Shown here piece after piece: positions 8,600 to 17,591 of a DNA stretch of 32,000 nt. The notes below the pieces were generated by a model, which worked only from the letters and a program-made list of their open reading frames with translations, was not told the origin of the DNA and searched no databases. The stretch's first letter is position 1. The number at the start of each line of letters is the position of its first letter. This DNA is from Candidatus Saccharimonadota bacterium. GTDB taxonomy: Bacteria; Patescibacteriota; Gracilibacteria; UBA4473. The translations under genes and the position numbers were made by a program. The stretch lies in assembly GCA_965228485.1 (NCBI GenBank), contig OZ245819.1, positions 630,001 to 662,000 on the forward strand, given 5' to 3'.

Positions 8600-9100
8600 A
8601 TGAACCACACCGACAAAACCATCCTCTACCTTGCGGCTATTAAAAAGCTCAATCAAGATTCTGAACTAATGGCTCGACAGAAGCATATTATTAAAGAGTT
8701 AAATATTTCTCCTTCAACCTGCTCTGAGGCTATGTCCAAACTTATTCGAAAACAATTAGTTAGAGAGGATAACAGTCGGGTAATGCACCTTACTTCTGTA
8801 GGAAAAGACCTCCTTACAAATGCGGAACAAAACCATTCGATTTTTCGATACTTTTTTCGTGAAGTACTAAACCAGTGCTGTGAAGATGCAGAAAACCAAG
8901 CATTAAAAATCGAACCTCACCTAAGCCTAGAAACTAATTTAGAAATGTGTCGATTTGTAAACTTTCTCAAAACTCTCGAAGGAAAAAAGGTAGACTTTTG
9001 GAAAGAATGGAACGACTTTTTATTAGATCCCGAGACTGATCCTATATGTCAAAAATGTGCCTATAAAAAAACCTGTCTAAAAAGAAGAGCCGCTTCTTAG
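8600..9100 (+). CDS. DtxR/MntR-family metal-dependent transcriptional regulator (HTH + dimerisation domain, Cys-rich tail)
   Basis: ILYLAAIKKL..ARQKHIIKELNISPSTCSEAMSKLIRKQLVRED..HLTSVGKDLL..NHSIFRYFFREVL follows the DtxR pattern (YLE.IY.L..V..IA..L.VS..SV..M...L...GLV......V.LT..G......RH..LE.FL...L). The Cys/Glu/His cluster QCCEDAE..KIEPH sits where the DtxR metal ligands lie. Confidence 0.7.
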   Translation: MNHTDKTILYLAAIKKLNQDSELMARQKHIIKELNISPSTCSEAMSKLIRKQLVREDNSRVMHLTSVGKDLLTNAEQNHSIFRYFFREVLNQCCEDAENQALKIEPHLSLETNLEMCRFVNFLKTLEGKKVDFWKEWNDFLLDPETDPICQKCAYKKTCLKRRAAS

Positions 9101-9140
9101 TTTTTCGGGGAGCCGATACGTGGATTTCAAAGTAAAAACC

Positions 9141-9149
9141 TGATATAAT
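9141..9149 (+). promoter_or_regulatory. extended -10 promoter element candidate upstream of ldh
   Basis: TGATATAAT (TGnTATAAT), 39 nt upstream of the ldh ATG. There is no good -35. Confidence 0.35.
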
Positions 9150-9188
9150 GAGGGTGTATTAGTCGTTGAAATATACTCACAAAATAAA

Positions 9189-10100
9189 ATGAATAAAAAA
9201 ATCGCCGTAATTGGAGCTGGAAATGTTGGAGCTCATATTATTAGTTATGGAATTGCTCGTAACGTAGCGGCTGAATTCTTGCTCGTAGATATGAATGAAG
9301 AGCTGGAGAAAGCTCAAGTCTTAGATCTAAAAGACAGTCTTCTTTTTTCAGAAAAAACACGAGTTAGCGGGGTCAATTTTGGCGACAAAAAACTCCAAGA
9401 GGCCGACATCTTTGTTATTACGGCAGGAGCTAAACAACGCCCAGGAGAAAATCGCTGCCAATTACTTGGACGAAATTTATCCATCCTGCAAAATATTGCC
9501 AAAAGCCTTGGAAAGATAAAGCCTGAGGCTATTGTGCTCTTGGTTACCAACCCTGTAGATATTCTTACTCATTTTGCCGCCCAAGTATTCGATCTTCCAA
9601 CAAATCAAATTCTAGGAACGGGAACATTGCTTGATTCGGCGCGATTAAGATGGAGGTTGTCTGAAAAAAACGAAATCAATGTCAAAAACATGCATGGATA
9701 CATCTTAGGTGAACATGGAGACAGTGAATTTGCCGCTTGGTCTACCGTAAGTCCGAGAATGGTACAATTAAACGAAGCTGAACAAACCGAAATAGAAACT
9801 GAAGTTCGAAAAGCGGCCTATACTATTATCGAAGGAAAAGGAGCTACTTACTTCGGAATTGGAGCCGCCACCATTAAGCTTACAGAAGCAATTTTGCACA
9901 ATACTCAGGAAATACTACCCGTATCAGCAAATCTCGATGGACAATATGGACTGAAAAGTGTCGCTATCGGTGTTCCGTGTATTATTGGTTCACAAGGAGT
10001 TCATAAAATTGTTGAACTAAAACTCCCCGAACAAGAAACCCAAAAACTTCATCAATCTGCTGAAAAATTAAAGTCATTATACAACGAATGCGAACTTTAG
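9189..10100 (+). CDS. ldh: L-lactate dehydrogenase
   Basis: Rossmann motif IAVIGAGNVGA; substrate loop ITAGAKQRPGENR with Gln at the LDH/MDH discriminating position; LVTNPVDILT; LDSARLR; catalytic GEHGDSEF. Confidence 0.9.
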   Translation: MNKKIAVIGAGNVGAHIISYGIARNVAAEFLLVDMNEELEKAQVLDLKDSLLFSEKTRVSGVNFGDKKLQEADIFVITAGAKQRPGENRCQLLGRNLSILQNIAKSLGKIKPEAIVLLVTNPVDILTHFAAQVFDLPTNQILGTGTLLDSARLRWRLSEKNEINVKNMHGYILGEHGDSEFAAWSTVSPRMVQLNEAEQTEIETEVRKAAYTIIEGKGATYFGIGAATIKLTEAILHNTQEILPVSANLDGQYGLKSVAIGVPCIIGSQGVHKIVELKLPEQETQKLHQSAEKLKSLYNECEL

Positions 10101-10168
10101 TTTTCGTTTTATGCAAAACAAAATTTGACAGTTCATTAAAAATAAACCAAAATTCTGATGAAGCTTAA

Positions 10169-10199
10169 CTGATGATCTTATTTGATCATCGGTTTTTTT
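10169..10199 (+). terminator. rho-independent terminator downstream of ldh
   Basis: CTGATGATC-ttattt-GATCATCGG, a 9-bp stem with one G-U pair, followed by TTTTTTT (10193-10199). Confidence 0.7.
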
Positions 10200-10214
10200 A
10201 GAGAAAAAAAATTC

Positions 10215-11504
10215 ATGCAAAGTCAATTACAAGCCGCCATCAATCAACTTTGTGCCGAGAAGAATCTGGACAAAGAAATCGTAATCGAAGCCATCGAAAA
10301 GGCTATCGCTCTTGCCTACAAAAAAGATTTCGGATCTCCTCGACAACAGATTAAAGTTGTTTTAGGAGACGACATCACTCAAATGCGAATTTTTGAGGAA
10401 AGAGAAGTGGTTAAAAAAGTAGAAGATCATGATTTAGACATCACGGAAAAAGATGCCAAAATCATTCGTCCAGATGCTACAATTGGAGACATTGTTTTTG
10501 TACCTGTAGAACTTCACGAAAACTTTGGAAGAATTGCCGCTCAAGCAGCAAAACAAGTGATTTCTCAGAAACTTAATGAAGCCGAACGAGAAATGCTCTT
10601 CAAAAAATTTAAAGATCGAGAAGGAGAGCTGTTGACCGCACGAATTCAAAAATCTGATCATGATGCGGCTCTTATTGAAATTGAAGGTGTAGCAACGGTC
10701 CTTTACCGAAAACATCAAATTCCAGGAGAAAAATACTTCACAGGACAACGAATTAAAGTTCTATTAGAAAGAGTTGAACTGACTTCAAAAGGGCCTCAAT
10801 TAAGAATTACTCGATCAAGCAATGATTTTATCATCGCTCTTTTCGAACAAGAGATTCCAGAAATGAGAGAAGGTCTCGTTTACGTTGCAAAAATTGCACG
10901 AGAACCAGGAGTTCGATGTAAGCTGGCTGTAGCCTCTGAAGATTCTTCTATTGATCCTGTAGGAGCCTTTGTCGGGCAGAAAGGATCTAGAATTAATGCC
11001 GTGATGGAAGAAGTAGGAGACGAAAGACTCGATGTTATCCAGCACTACGACGATCCAAAGAAAATGCTATTAGCAGCTCTTAGCCCAGCTAAAATTGCTA
11101 AACTTGAATTCTTCACAGGAGATAATGGTGAAGATCGAGTTAAAATCTTCGTGAGAGAAGAAGAACGAGCTATTACTATTGGTAAAAAAGGGCAAAATGT
11201 AAGACTTGCTGGTCACCTCATTGAGATGCAGGTTGATGTCATCACTTACGACGGACCTATAGAAGAAGAAATTGAAGCTGACAACAAGCCAACCGAAAAA
11301 GTGAAGAAAGAAGTTTCTGAAAAAGTTACCATTGATCACCTAGAAGGGGTAGATACTGAAGTTATTGACATGCTTAAAGAGCTGGGTCTTTCGCAAATTA
11401 AACAATTTGAAGGACTTAAAGCTGAAGAGTTGGCTGAGATTGGAATTACCCTAGACCAAGCCAAATCAGTAATCAAAGCTGTAGAAAAATACCTAAAAGG
11501 TTAA
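10215..11504 (+). CDS. nusA: transcription termination/antitermination factor NusA
   Basis: The N-terminal region MQSQLQAAINQLCAEKNLDKEIVIEAIEKAIALAYKK matches the NusA N-terminal domain. An S1-like region (GELLTARIQK..) and KH motifs (GQKGSRINAV, GKKGQNVRLA) follow. Start set at ATG 10215, because the TTG-started extension overlaps the ldh terminator. Confidence 0.9.
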   Translation: MQSQLQAAINQLCAEKNLDKEIVIEAIEKAIALAYKKDFGSPRQQIKVVLGDDITQMRIFEEREVVKKVEDHDLDITEKDAKIIRPDATIGDIVFVPVELHENFGRIAAQAAKQVISQKLNEAEREMLFKKFKDREGELLTARIQKSDHDAALIEIEGVATVLYRKHQIPGEKYFTGQRIKVLLERVELTSKGPQLRITRSSNDFIIALFEQEIPEMREGLVYVAKIAREPGVRCKLAVASEDSSIDPVGAFVGQKGSRINAVMEEVGDERLDVIQHYDDPKKMLLAALSPAKIAKLEFFTGDNGEDRVKIFVREEERAITIGKKGQNVRLAGHLIEMQVDVITYDGPIEEEIEADNKPTEKVKKEVSEKVTIDHLEGVDTEVIDMLKELGLSQIKQFEGLKAEELAEIGITLDQAKSVIKAVEKYLKG

Positions 11505-11569
11505 TAAATTTGGCTTTTGATTCTATCTAAACTATCATTGGAAAAGTTCACTAACGTCTATTTACTAAG

Positions 11570-11827
11570 ATGAAAAACTTTTTCCAAATATTACCAGTGA
11601 TGATTATCACGAATATTCTGATATTCATCATCTACATGTTTCTAATCCAATTTATGGCAGGGTTTGTTATTGGGTTTTCTATGGCTCTCACAGGCAATGA
11701 AGAAGCGGCCATTATGGAATTAATCGACAAGATCAACATGGGACTAGTTCTTGCTAGCTTAGTTATTCCTGCTGGTTTAGCCGCAGCACCTCAAACACGA
11801 AGCAAGTTTTATATTACTCGAGGTTAA
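11570..11827 (+). CDS. 85-aa hypothetical membrane protein (two predicted TM helices)
   Basis: The ORF fills the gap between nusA and the convergent gene. Hydrophobic segments ILPVMIITNILIFIIYMFLIQFMAGFVIGF and MGLVLASLVIPAGLAAA. No homology recognised. Confidence 0.45.
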   Translation: MKNFFQILPVMIITNILIFIIYMFLIQFMAGFVIGFSMALTGNEEAAIMELIDKINMGLVLASLVIPAGLAAAPQTRSKFYITRG

Positions 11828-11832
11828 CCTCT

Positions 11833-12744
11833 CTAATAGCGCTTACAAACAATTATTCGATCTACCGGTTGGTCATGAGACTCGACCGGTATTTCTTTTT
11901 CTGTAGCAAATTTGGGAATTATCACAACCCTCTGTACTGATGAAGAAAGTTTCGATACAAAACGATCGTAAAAACCTCCTCCTTTTCCAAGCCGTTGAAA
12001 ATTTTCATCTACACCTACCGCTGGCAAAAACAAAATAGAAGAGTCTCCTGGAATTTCTGATTCCCCCTCTTTTGGAGGTTCTAATATTCCAAAAGCGCCC
12101 TGAACTAAATCATCATAGGAATCTACCGAATAAAATTCTAAATCATTCTGATTTACACGAGGGAAAAAATAGGTCTTATCTGAAAATTGCTGCATCAATC
12201 TTGGTACAAAAAGGATTTCTCTTTGTATCTGTGGTGCATATACAAAAATTTTCTTCGCCTCTAGAAAGGCCGACAATGTTGATAAATGCTCCAAAGCTTC
12301 TTCTGCCAAATGTTGTCGAGTACTGAGGGAAAGTTTTTCCCATTCAGATTCTATTTCTGCTCGAAGAAAGAACTTTTTGGCTCGAATAACATCTTCCTCT
12401 ATTTGAGTAAAAAGTTGGTCGCCGTTTTGAAATTTTCGTACTGATCTTACAAACTTGAGAACCTCAATCGTTATTTTTTCTCCATAAATATCCTGATTAA
12501 AATCAAGTATATGAACTTCTGCAGAGAAATCACCCCCAAAAGTTTTTCTTTTCCCAAAGTGAAGAATCCCACACCTTTTAGTAAGAGGTTTCAAAGGCCA
12601 ATAAACATAAACGAGATACACCCCCTCCTCTAGCGCAGGTAATTCTTCCAATAAAAGATTCGCTGTAGCAACTCCAAACCTTGAACCAATATTTACCCCT
12701 TGAATCACACTTCCTTTGAGTTCCATGGCTTCTATTTTAGACAC
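11833..12744 (-). CDS. fusion protein: riboflavin kinase domain + 5-formyltetrahydrofolate cyclo-ligase domain
   Basis: The N-terminal ~125 aa match the RibF C-terminal kinase domain (GSVIQGVNIGSRFGVATANL, GVYLV, EVHILDFNQDIYGEKITIEVLKFVRSVRKF). The C-terminus carries the MTHFS signature (LFLPAVGVDENFQRLGKGGGFYDRF). Confidence 0.8.
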   Translation of the reverse strand: MSKIEAMELKGSVIQGVNIGSRFGVATANLLLEELPALEEGVYLVYVYWPLKPLTKRCGILHFGKRKTFGGDFSAEVHILDFNQDIYGEKITIEVLKFVRSVRKFQNGDQLFTQIEEDVIRAKKFFLRAEIESEWEKLSLSTRQHLAEEALEHLSTLSAFLEAKKIFVYAPQIQREILFVPRLMQQFSDKTYFFPRVNQNDLEFYSVDSYDDLVQGAFGILEPPKEGESEIPGDSSILFLPAVGVDENFQRLGKGGGFYDRFVSKLSSSVQRVVIIPKFATEKEIPVESHDQPVDRIIVCKRY

Positions 12745-12767
12745 AGAGTGAAAGCTGTCACGAGCAA

Positions 12768-14156
12768 TTAGACTACTTTTAGTCGATTTAGACCTTCTAC
12801 TTTTGTTTTTTCTAGTTCAGGCAATTCACCACTAAAGACATATCCCTGTTGTTTCTTTAGTCCCACTTTGACTTCTCTCCCTTTTAAAGGTCTCCCTGCA
12901 AGGAACCAAACCTCAAAAAACTCCCGACTTCTCCCTGAATTTCGATAAAGGCCATTTTCAGCTGGCTCACTTTTTTCCACTAATACCTCGATAGTTTTAC
13001 CTACATATTTGGAACGATGAGCGAAGGCCGTTTCTTTAATGATATTATCAAAACGATGAAATCGATCTTTCTTTAGTTCCATATCAATAAATTCAGATTC
13101 CATACGGCTCGCAGGAGTATTTTTCCGTGGACTGTAAATAGCTGTATAAGAAAAATCAAATCTCATCTCTCTCGCAAAATCACAAAGTGCTTCAAACTGT
13201 GCTTCGGTTTCTCCAGGAAAACCAACAATAATATCGGTTGCCAGAGTCGTATCAGGCATTCTATCACGAATTTTCTGTATAGTATCCTTATACTTTTCAA
13301 CAGTATAATTACGATTCATTGCCCTCAAAGTCTCATTTGAACCATGTTGTACTGGTAAATGAATGTAAGGACACCTTGTACGCATCGTCGCCAAAGCTTC
13401 AATAACATCATCCGTAAAATCTTGAGGATGGGCCGAGGTAAACCGAACTCTCGATAACCCTTTTTCATGCAATTTGTCAATAGCAAGCAATAATTCGGCA
13501 AAACATTTGGGCCCTTTCTCTCCATCACGATAAGAATTTACGTTTTGGCCCAAAAGAGTAATTTCAATAGCACCAGCTTCGACGTGCTGCCGACACTCTT
13601 CTAAAACATCCTGCATCGGTCGAGAAATCTCTCTCCCTCTGGTATAAGGGACTATGCAAAACGTACAAAATTTATCGCATCCCTGCATAATGGGAACAAA
13701 AACCTGCGATTTATTTTCGACCTTCGGTACAATATTAAAGTAATTTTCAATCGATCCATTACCAAATTTTTCCACAAATTCTGAAAAATCATGATCGGGA
13801 AAATGTCGTTCTAATAATTTAGGAATTCTCGCTGTATCTTCAATTCTAAAAACAATATCAATAGGGTCGTATTTTAGAAGTTCATCTTTTGAAGAAATTT
13901 TATCTCCTGTCTGACGAACCATGCACCCCGTTACCGCTACTTTAAGATTTTTGTGAGCTCGTTTTTGATTTACGATAAATCCATAGGCTTTGTCTTCTGA
14001 TTTTTGACGAACTGAACAGGTATTAATAATCATCAAATCAGCTGTTTCTTCATTCTCAGAACGACGAAATCCAGACTGCTCTAAAACCTTTGCTACTCGC
14101 TCTGAATCTGAATGATTCATTTGGCAACCGAAGGTTTTTATAAAGTACTGCTTCAT
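12768..14156 (-). CDS. miaB: tRNA-2-methylthio-N6-dimethylallyladenosine synthase (radical SAM methylthiotransferase)
   Basis: N-terminal MTTase Cys motif (IKTFGCQMNHSDSE, INTCSVR, VTGC), radical-SAM CxxxCxxC (GCDKFCTFCIVPYTRGRE) and a C-terminal TRAM-like domain. Confidence 0.9.
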   Translation of the reverse strand: MKQYFIKTFGCQMNHSDSERVAKVLEQSGFRRSENEETADLMIINTCSVRQKSEDKAYGFIVNQKRAHKNLKVAVTGCMVRQTGDKISSKDELLKYDPIDIVFRIEDTARIPKLLERHFPDHDFSEFVEKFGNGSIENYFNIVPKVENKSQVFVPIMQGCDKFCTFCIVPYTRGREISRPMQDVLEECRQHVEAGAIEITLLGQNVNSYRDGEKGPKCFAELLLAIDKLHEKGLSRVRFTSAHPQDFTDDVIEALATMRTRCPYIHLPVQHGSNETLRAMNRNYTVEKYKDTIQKIRDRMPDTTLATDIIVGFPGETEAQFEALCDFAREMRFDFSYTAIYSPRKNTPASRMESEFIDMELKKDRFHRFDNIIKETAFAHRSKYVGKTIEVLVEKSEPAENGLYRNSGRSREFFEVWFLAGRPLKGREVKVGLKKQQGYVFSGELPELEKTKVEGLNRLKVV

Positions 14157-14175
14157 AACTTTCTGTTTTTATTTA

Positions 14176-14184
14176 TTTATACCA
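14176..14184 (-). promoter_or_regulatory. extended -10 candidate for miaB
   Basis: The minus strand reads TGGTATAAA about 20 nt upstream of the miaB ATG. Motif only. Confidence 0.3.
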
Positions 14185-14195
14185 AAAAGGCAAAT

Positions 14196-14225
14196 TTGCG
14201 ATCTCACCTCTTATCGTCCTATAAT
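14196..14225 (+). promoter_or_regulatory. sigma70-type promoter candidate (TTGCGA-N18-TATAAT)
   Basis: Hexamers at 14196-14201 and 14220-14225 in the 275-bp intergenic region, back-to-back with the miaB promoter candidate. An ATG lies 6 nt after the -10. Confidence 0.35.
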
Positions 14226-14431
14226 TGCGTAATGGAGGGTTGTGAATATCCTGAATATCCAATAATTGAAACAGTCGAAAGAAAAAGCGATTGGTCAAGA
14301 GACTGTGAGTTATTTTTTCTACAAAAAGAATAAATCGTTTTCTCTAGTAGAATATCACTAATTGAAAGTCGCGGTTGACTTTATTTAAAAATATCCTTAA
14401 AAAACAAAAAACTTAAAACAATCTCCTTAAT

Positions 14432-15799
14432 ATGGCCGATAGAGAATCAGAACCTCCTAGCACTGAAATACATCAATATGCTGCCATATTCGATGATATT
14501 ATGCAGAAGCTTCTGAGCAAAGGGCTTATTTCTGATATTAAAGTGACATCATATTCCAAAAATCCAGAGGGAATCCCATTACAGTACGACCCAGAAATTA
14601 GAGCCGAAATTATTACAGCTCTTAAAAGAGAATTTTCGCCAGAAATTGAATCTTTTTGTGCAAACTTTGATCTAGATATGGAAACTTTTGAACAAATTTT
14701 ATTAAAAGCTGTTGAAAAAAATGATATATCCAATGAAGAACAAATTGCTCTGGCTGCAGGCGGCGATGAATGCTTAGAAAAACTCTACACCCTTGTTCCG
14801 AATCAGCAATTAATTGAAGGCTCAGATGGTGGTTTTAGTGATATTATTTCAAATGTTTGGAGTTCTGTTCTTATGTTTATTACCAGTGAAGTTGAATTTT
14901 CTAACCTACCAGAAAATCTAATAGCATTAAGAATAAAAATTATCCAACTGAGAGCCCTTCTTAATCAAGTTGGCACTCTCGCTGATGAAGATTCTCTTAA
15001 AAATTTCGTAGGACAGGTTTTATCTCTTCGTGAAGAAATAAATAATATTCCTCAGCTTTCTCGACGTTTGGGACATGATACACGTTCACTTGCTGATCCT
15101 GTAACAGCTCTCAACATGCTTACAGAACTAGATGCTGAGATAATTTCAAATCTAGAAAGTTCAAATTTTGAAAGAGATCTTGCCTTGGGAGAAATTGGAT
15201 TAAGGGCCTTCTTAGATGTTTGTGAAAGCTTCTTACCAAATCCAACGGCAAGAAATTATTCTGTTGAATATGTTTTAGAGCAAATTAAAGGCTTCTTGGC
15301 ACTGATCAAGACTTCCTCTCGAGAATGTGAGTATGAAATTGAGACTGTAGAAGGAACTCAACGTGCTCTTGATGATTTTGGAGATATTCGTGTTTCTACT
15401 CATATGCCAACGTTAACAAATACGATGCTTAACGTAATGAAGAATGCCCGGGATCGAGGCGATGCAAATAGAGTAACTATATCGCTCACAATTGATAAGG
15501 CCTCTCATGAATTGAAAATCAAATGCTTGGATAATGGAAAAGGATTTTCCCAAGAAGCACTCCAAGTCTCTGCACAAGGAAATCAAAAACTGGCCTTTCG
15601 ACCTAAGTTTTCAACACATACAAAGGGAAGTGGACAAGGTTTAGCCAATCTTGATAAGATTTTTAGTAGTCTCGGGAACAAAATTGATATTGGCAATCAC
15701 AAGGAAGGCGGATATGTCATTATTACTCTGCCGATAAAATCAAACCGCTCACTCGTTAGAGAGATTTCTGAAAAAATCGCTGCTAAAGTAAGTTCTTAG
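14432..15799 (+). CDS. soluble histidine kinase-like protein (DHp H-box + HATPase_c), no TM segments, no adjacent response regulator
   Basis: H-box-like LGHDTRSLADPVTAL; N-box NVMKNARDRG; G1 LDNGKGF; G2 GSGQGLANLDKIF. The N-terminal ~210 aa are unassigned. Confidence 0.75.
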   Translation: MADRESEPPSTEIHQYAAIFDDIMQKLLSKGLISDIKVTSYSKNPEGIPLQYDPEIRAEIITALKREFSPEIESFCANFDLDMETFEQILLKAVEKNDISNEEQIALAAGGDECLEKLYTLVPNQQLIEGSDGGFSDIISNVWSSVLMFITSEVEFSNLPENLIALRIKIIQLRALLNQVGTLADEDSLKNFVGQVLSLREEINNIPQLSRRLGHDTRSLADPVTALNMLTELDAEIISNLESSNFERDLALGEIGLRAFLDVCESFLPNPTARNYSVEYVLEQIKGFLALIKTSSRECEYEIETVEGTQRALDDFGDIRVSTHMPTLTNTMLNVMKNARDRGDANRVTISLTIDKASHELKIKCLDNGKGFSQEALQVSAQGNQKLAFRPKFSTHTKGSGQGLANLDKIFSSLGNKIDIGNHKEGGYVIITLPIKSNRSLVREISEKIAAKVSS

Positions 15800-16731
15800 A
15801 AATAAAGCTGACTTACACTTTTCTGCTCAATGACATTTGTAATCACCCCAGACAATAAATCTGACATAGAAATAGCGGTGAAATTTTTTGGTTTGTTTTC
15901 AACAGGAAGCGAGTCTGTACACACAATTTCAGCAAAATTAGCATTATTTAATCGCTCAATTGCTGGCCCTGAAAAGATTGGATGAGTTGCACAAAGATAA
16001 ACTTCATCACTACTTCCCCCTCCCATAAGAGCTTCTTTAGCGGCACAAACAGAGCCTGCGGTATCAATCATATCATCCACAAGAATTGGAATCTTTCCTT
16101 TAACATCTCCGATTACATGACCCACTTCAGCCTGATTATGACCTGGTCGTTGTTTGTGTAAAATCGCTAATCCAACACCCAGTTCATCTGCAAATTTTTT
16201 GGCGGTTTTAGCTCCTCCTGCATCAGGAGAGACAACGATCGCATTCTCTAGGTTCTTGGATTTAAAATAGTCTACAAAAAGCCTTCGAGGATTCAGATTA
16301 TCTACTGGGACATCAAAGAAACCTTGAGTTTGATCTGAGTGTAGATGAAGCGTAATCACATGATCAGCACCAGATTTCACAATCAAATCAGCAAATAATT
16401 TTGCAGAAATTCCTTCTCTAGCATCATGAATTTTATCCTGCCGAGAGTAGGCAAAATAAGGCATGATAACGTGAATTCGATTGGCAAAGCTTTGTCTGGC
16501 AACATCGATCATTAGAAAAAGCTCCATAAGATCATCATTCATAGAGCCTGTTCGACAAGTCTGAATAATAAAGACATCCTGTCCACGAAAACTCTCTTCA
16601 TACTTGATGTAGGTTTCACCGCAGGCAAAACGTGTAATCTTTATTGGAGAAAGTTCCGTTCCCAAAGCTTTGGCAATCTTTTCTGAAAGCTCTGGATGAC
16701 TGGAGCCGGCAAATATTTTGAAAGGAATCAT
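15796..16731 (-). CDS. prs: ribose-phosphate pyrophosphokinase (PRPP synthetase)
   Basis: IFAGSSHPELSEKIAKALG, YFAYSRQDK, TLHLHSDQTQGFFDVPVDNL, VSPDAGGAKTAKKFA and PILVDDMIDTAGS are the canonical Prs motifs. Confidence 0.92.
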   Translation of the reverse strand: MIPFKIFAGSSHPELSEKIAKALGTELSPIKITRFACGETYIKYEESFRGQDVFIIQTCRTGSMNDDLMELFLMIDVARQSFANRIHVIMPYFAYSRQDKIHDAREGISAKLFADLIVKSGADHVITLHLHSDQTQGFFDVPVDNLNPRRLFVDYFKSKNLENAIVVSPDAGGAKTAKKFADELGVGLAILHKQRPGHNQAEVGHVIGDVKGKIPILVDDMIDTAGSVCAAKEALMGGGSSDEVYLCATHPIFSGPAIERLNNANFAEIVCTDSLPVENKPKNFTAISMSDLLSGVITNVIEQKSVSQLYF

Positions 16732-16786
16732 CGTGATCGCACTTTGCCAAAATTTGATCTTTTTGTAAAATCGTAAAGATTAATTC

Positions 16787-17590
16787 ATGCCAAAATTTTC
16801 TATCATCACTATTAATTATGGGCACTCTGAAAAGATTGCTGCCCTCTGGGAGTCTCTTCAAAAGAAATCCCCTAAGGATGATTTTGAATTTATCGCTGTT
16901 GATAATGCTTCCCCAAAAGATGATGGTGAAGCCCTTAAGTCACTATTACGAGACCAGCCTAATGCTCATACAATTCTTCTTAACAAGAATCTTGGATTTG
17001 GTGGAGGATACGGAGAAGGGATTAAGTTCGCTTCAGGTGAGTATGTGGGGATTATAAATCCGGATATTGAAGTTAAGGAAAATTGTTTAGAGGAATTGGT
17101 TAAAGCTCTGGAAGATAATTCTGATGCAGCTATAACCGTTCCGATACTCGAAAACCCAGATGGAACACTACAACAAAACGCTCGAAAATTTCCAAGCCTA
17201 AAGGTTATGTTTGGTCGACGTTTGTCATTCAAATTTAAAAAGGCTTATGATACCGATCCTGTTTGGTACGAAAGCAAAGACCCCGTTGCTATTGATTGGG
17301 CACAAGGAAGTTTTTTATTTATGAAAAGAGATTTTTTTGAACACAAACTTAAAGGTTTTGATTCTCGTTTTTTTCTTTTTCTAGAAGATACTGATCTTTG
17401 TAGACGAACCTGGATCATGGGAAAAAAAGTACTCTTAGTCCCAACGGCACGAGCTACACACGGAATTGAGAGATTGTCTGGAAATGACTTTTGGCATGCT
17501 GTAAGGAAAAAAACATTCTGGATTCATGTAATGTCAGCCGCCAAGTATTTTCTAAAATACGCTTTCAAAAAAAAGCCTAAGGTTTCATAA
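16787..17590 (+). CDS. family 2 glycosyltransferase
   Basis: FSIITINYG.., VDNASPKDDG, NLGFGGGYGEG and FLEDTDLCRR (DxD-type plus the ED..L motif of GT2 rhamnosyl/glucosyl transferases). Confidence 0.85.
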   Translation: MPKFSIITINYGHSEKIAALWESLQKKSPKDDFEFIAVDNASPKDDGEALKSLLRDQPNAHTILLNKNLGFGGGYGEGIKFASGEYVGIINPDIEVKENCLEELVKALEDNSDAAITVPILENPDGTLQQNARKFPSLKVMFGRRLSFKFKKAYDTDPVWYESKDPVAIDWAQGSFLFMKRDFFEHKLKGFDSRFFLFLEDTDLCRRTWIMGKKVLLVPTARATHGIERLSGNDFWHAVRKKTFWIHVMSAAKYFLKYAFKKKPKVS

Positions 17591-17591
17591 C

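Noticed and set aside
8537-8656. 40-codon N-terminal extension of HTTM-like copy 1
   Set aside because: The paralog begins at the position equivalent to MKIFNFENF. The extension would also overlap the divergent DtxR-type gene.
10182-10214. TTG-initiated extension of nusA
   Set aside because: It overlaps the ldh terminator hairpin and T-run. The conserved NusA N-terminus begins at the ATG at 10215.
14112-14333. 73-aa plus-strand ORF overlapping the miaB start
   Set aside because: Its first 15 codons are antisense to the conserved MiaB N-terminus. Only the intergenic 33-codon tail is discussed, at low confidence, in the findings.
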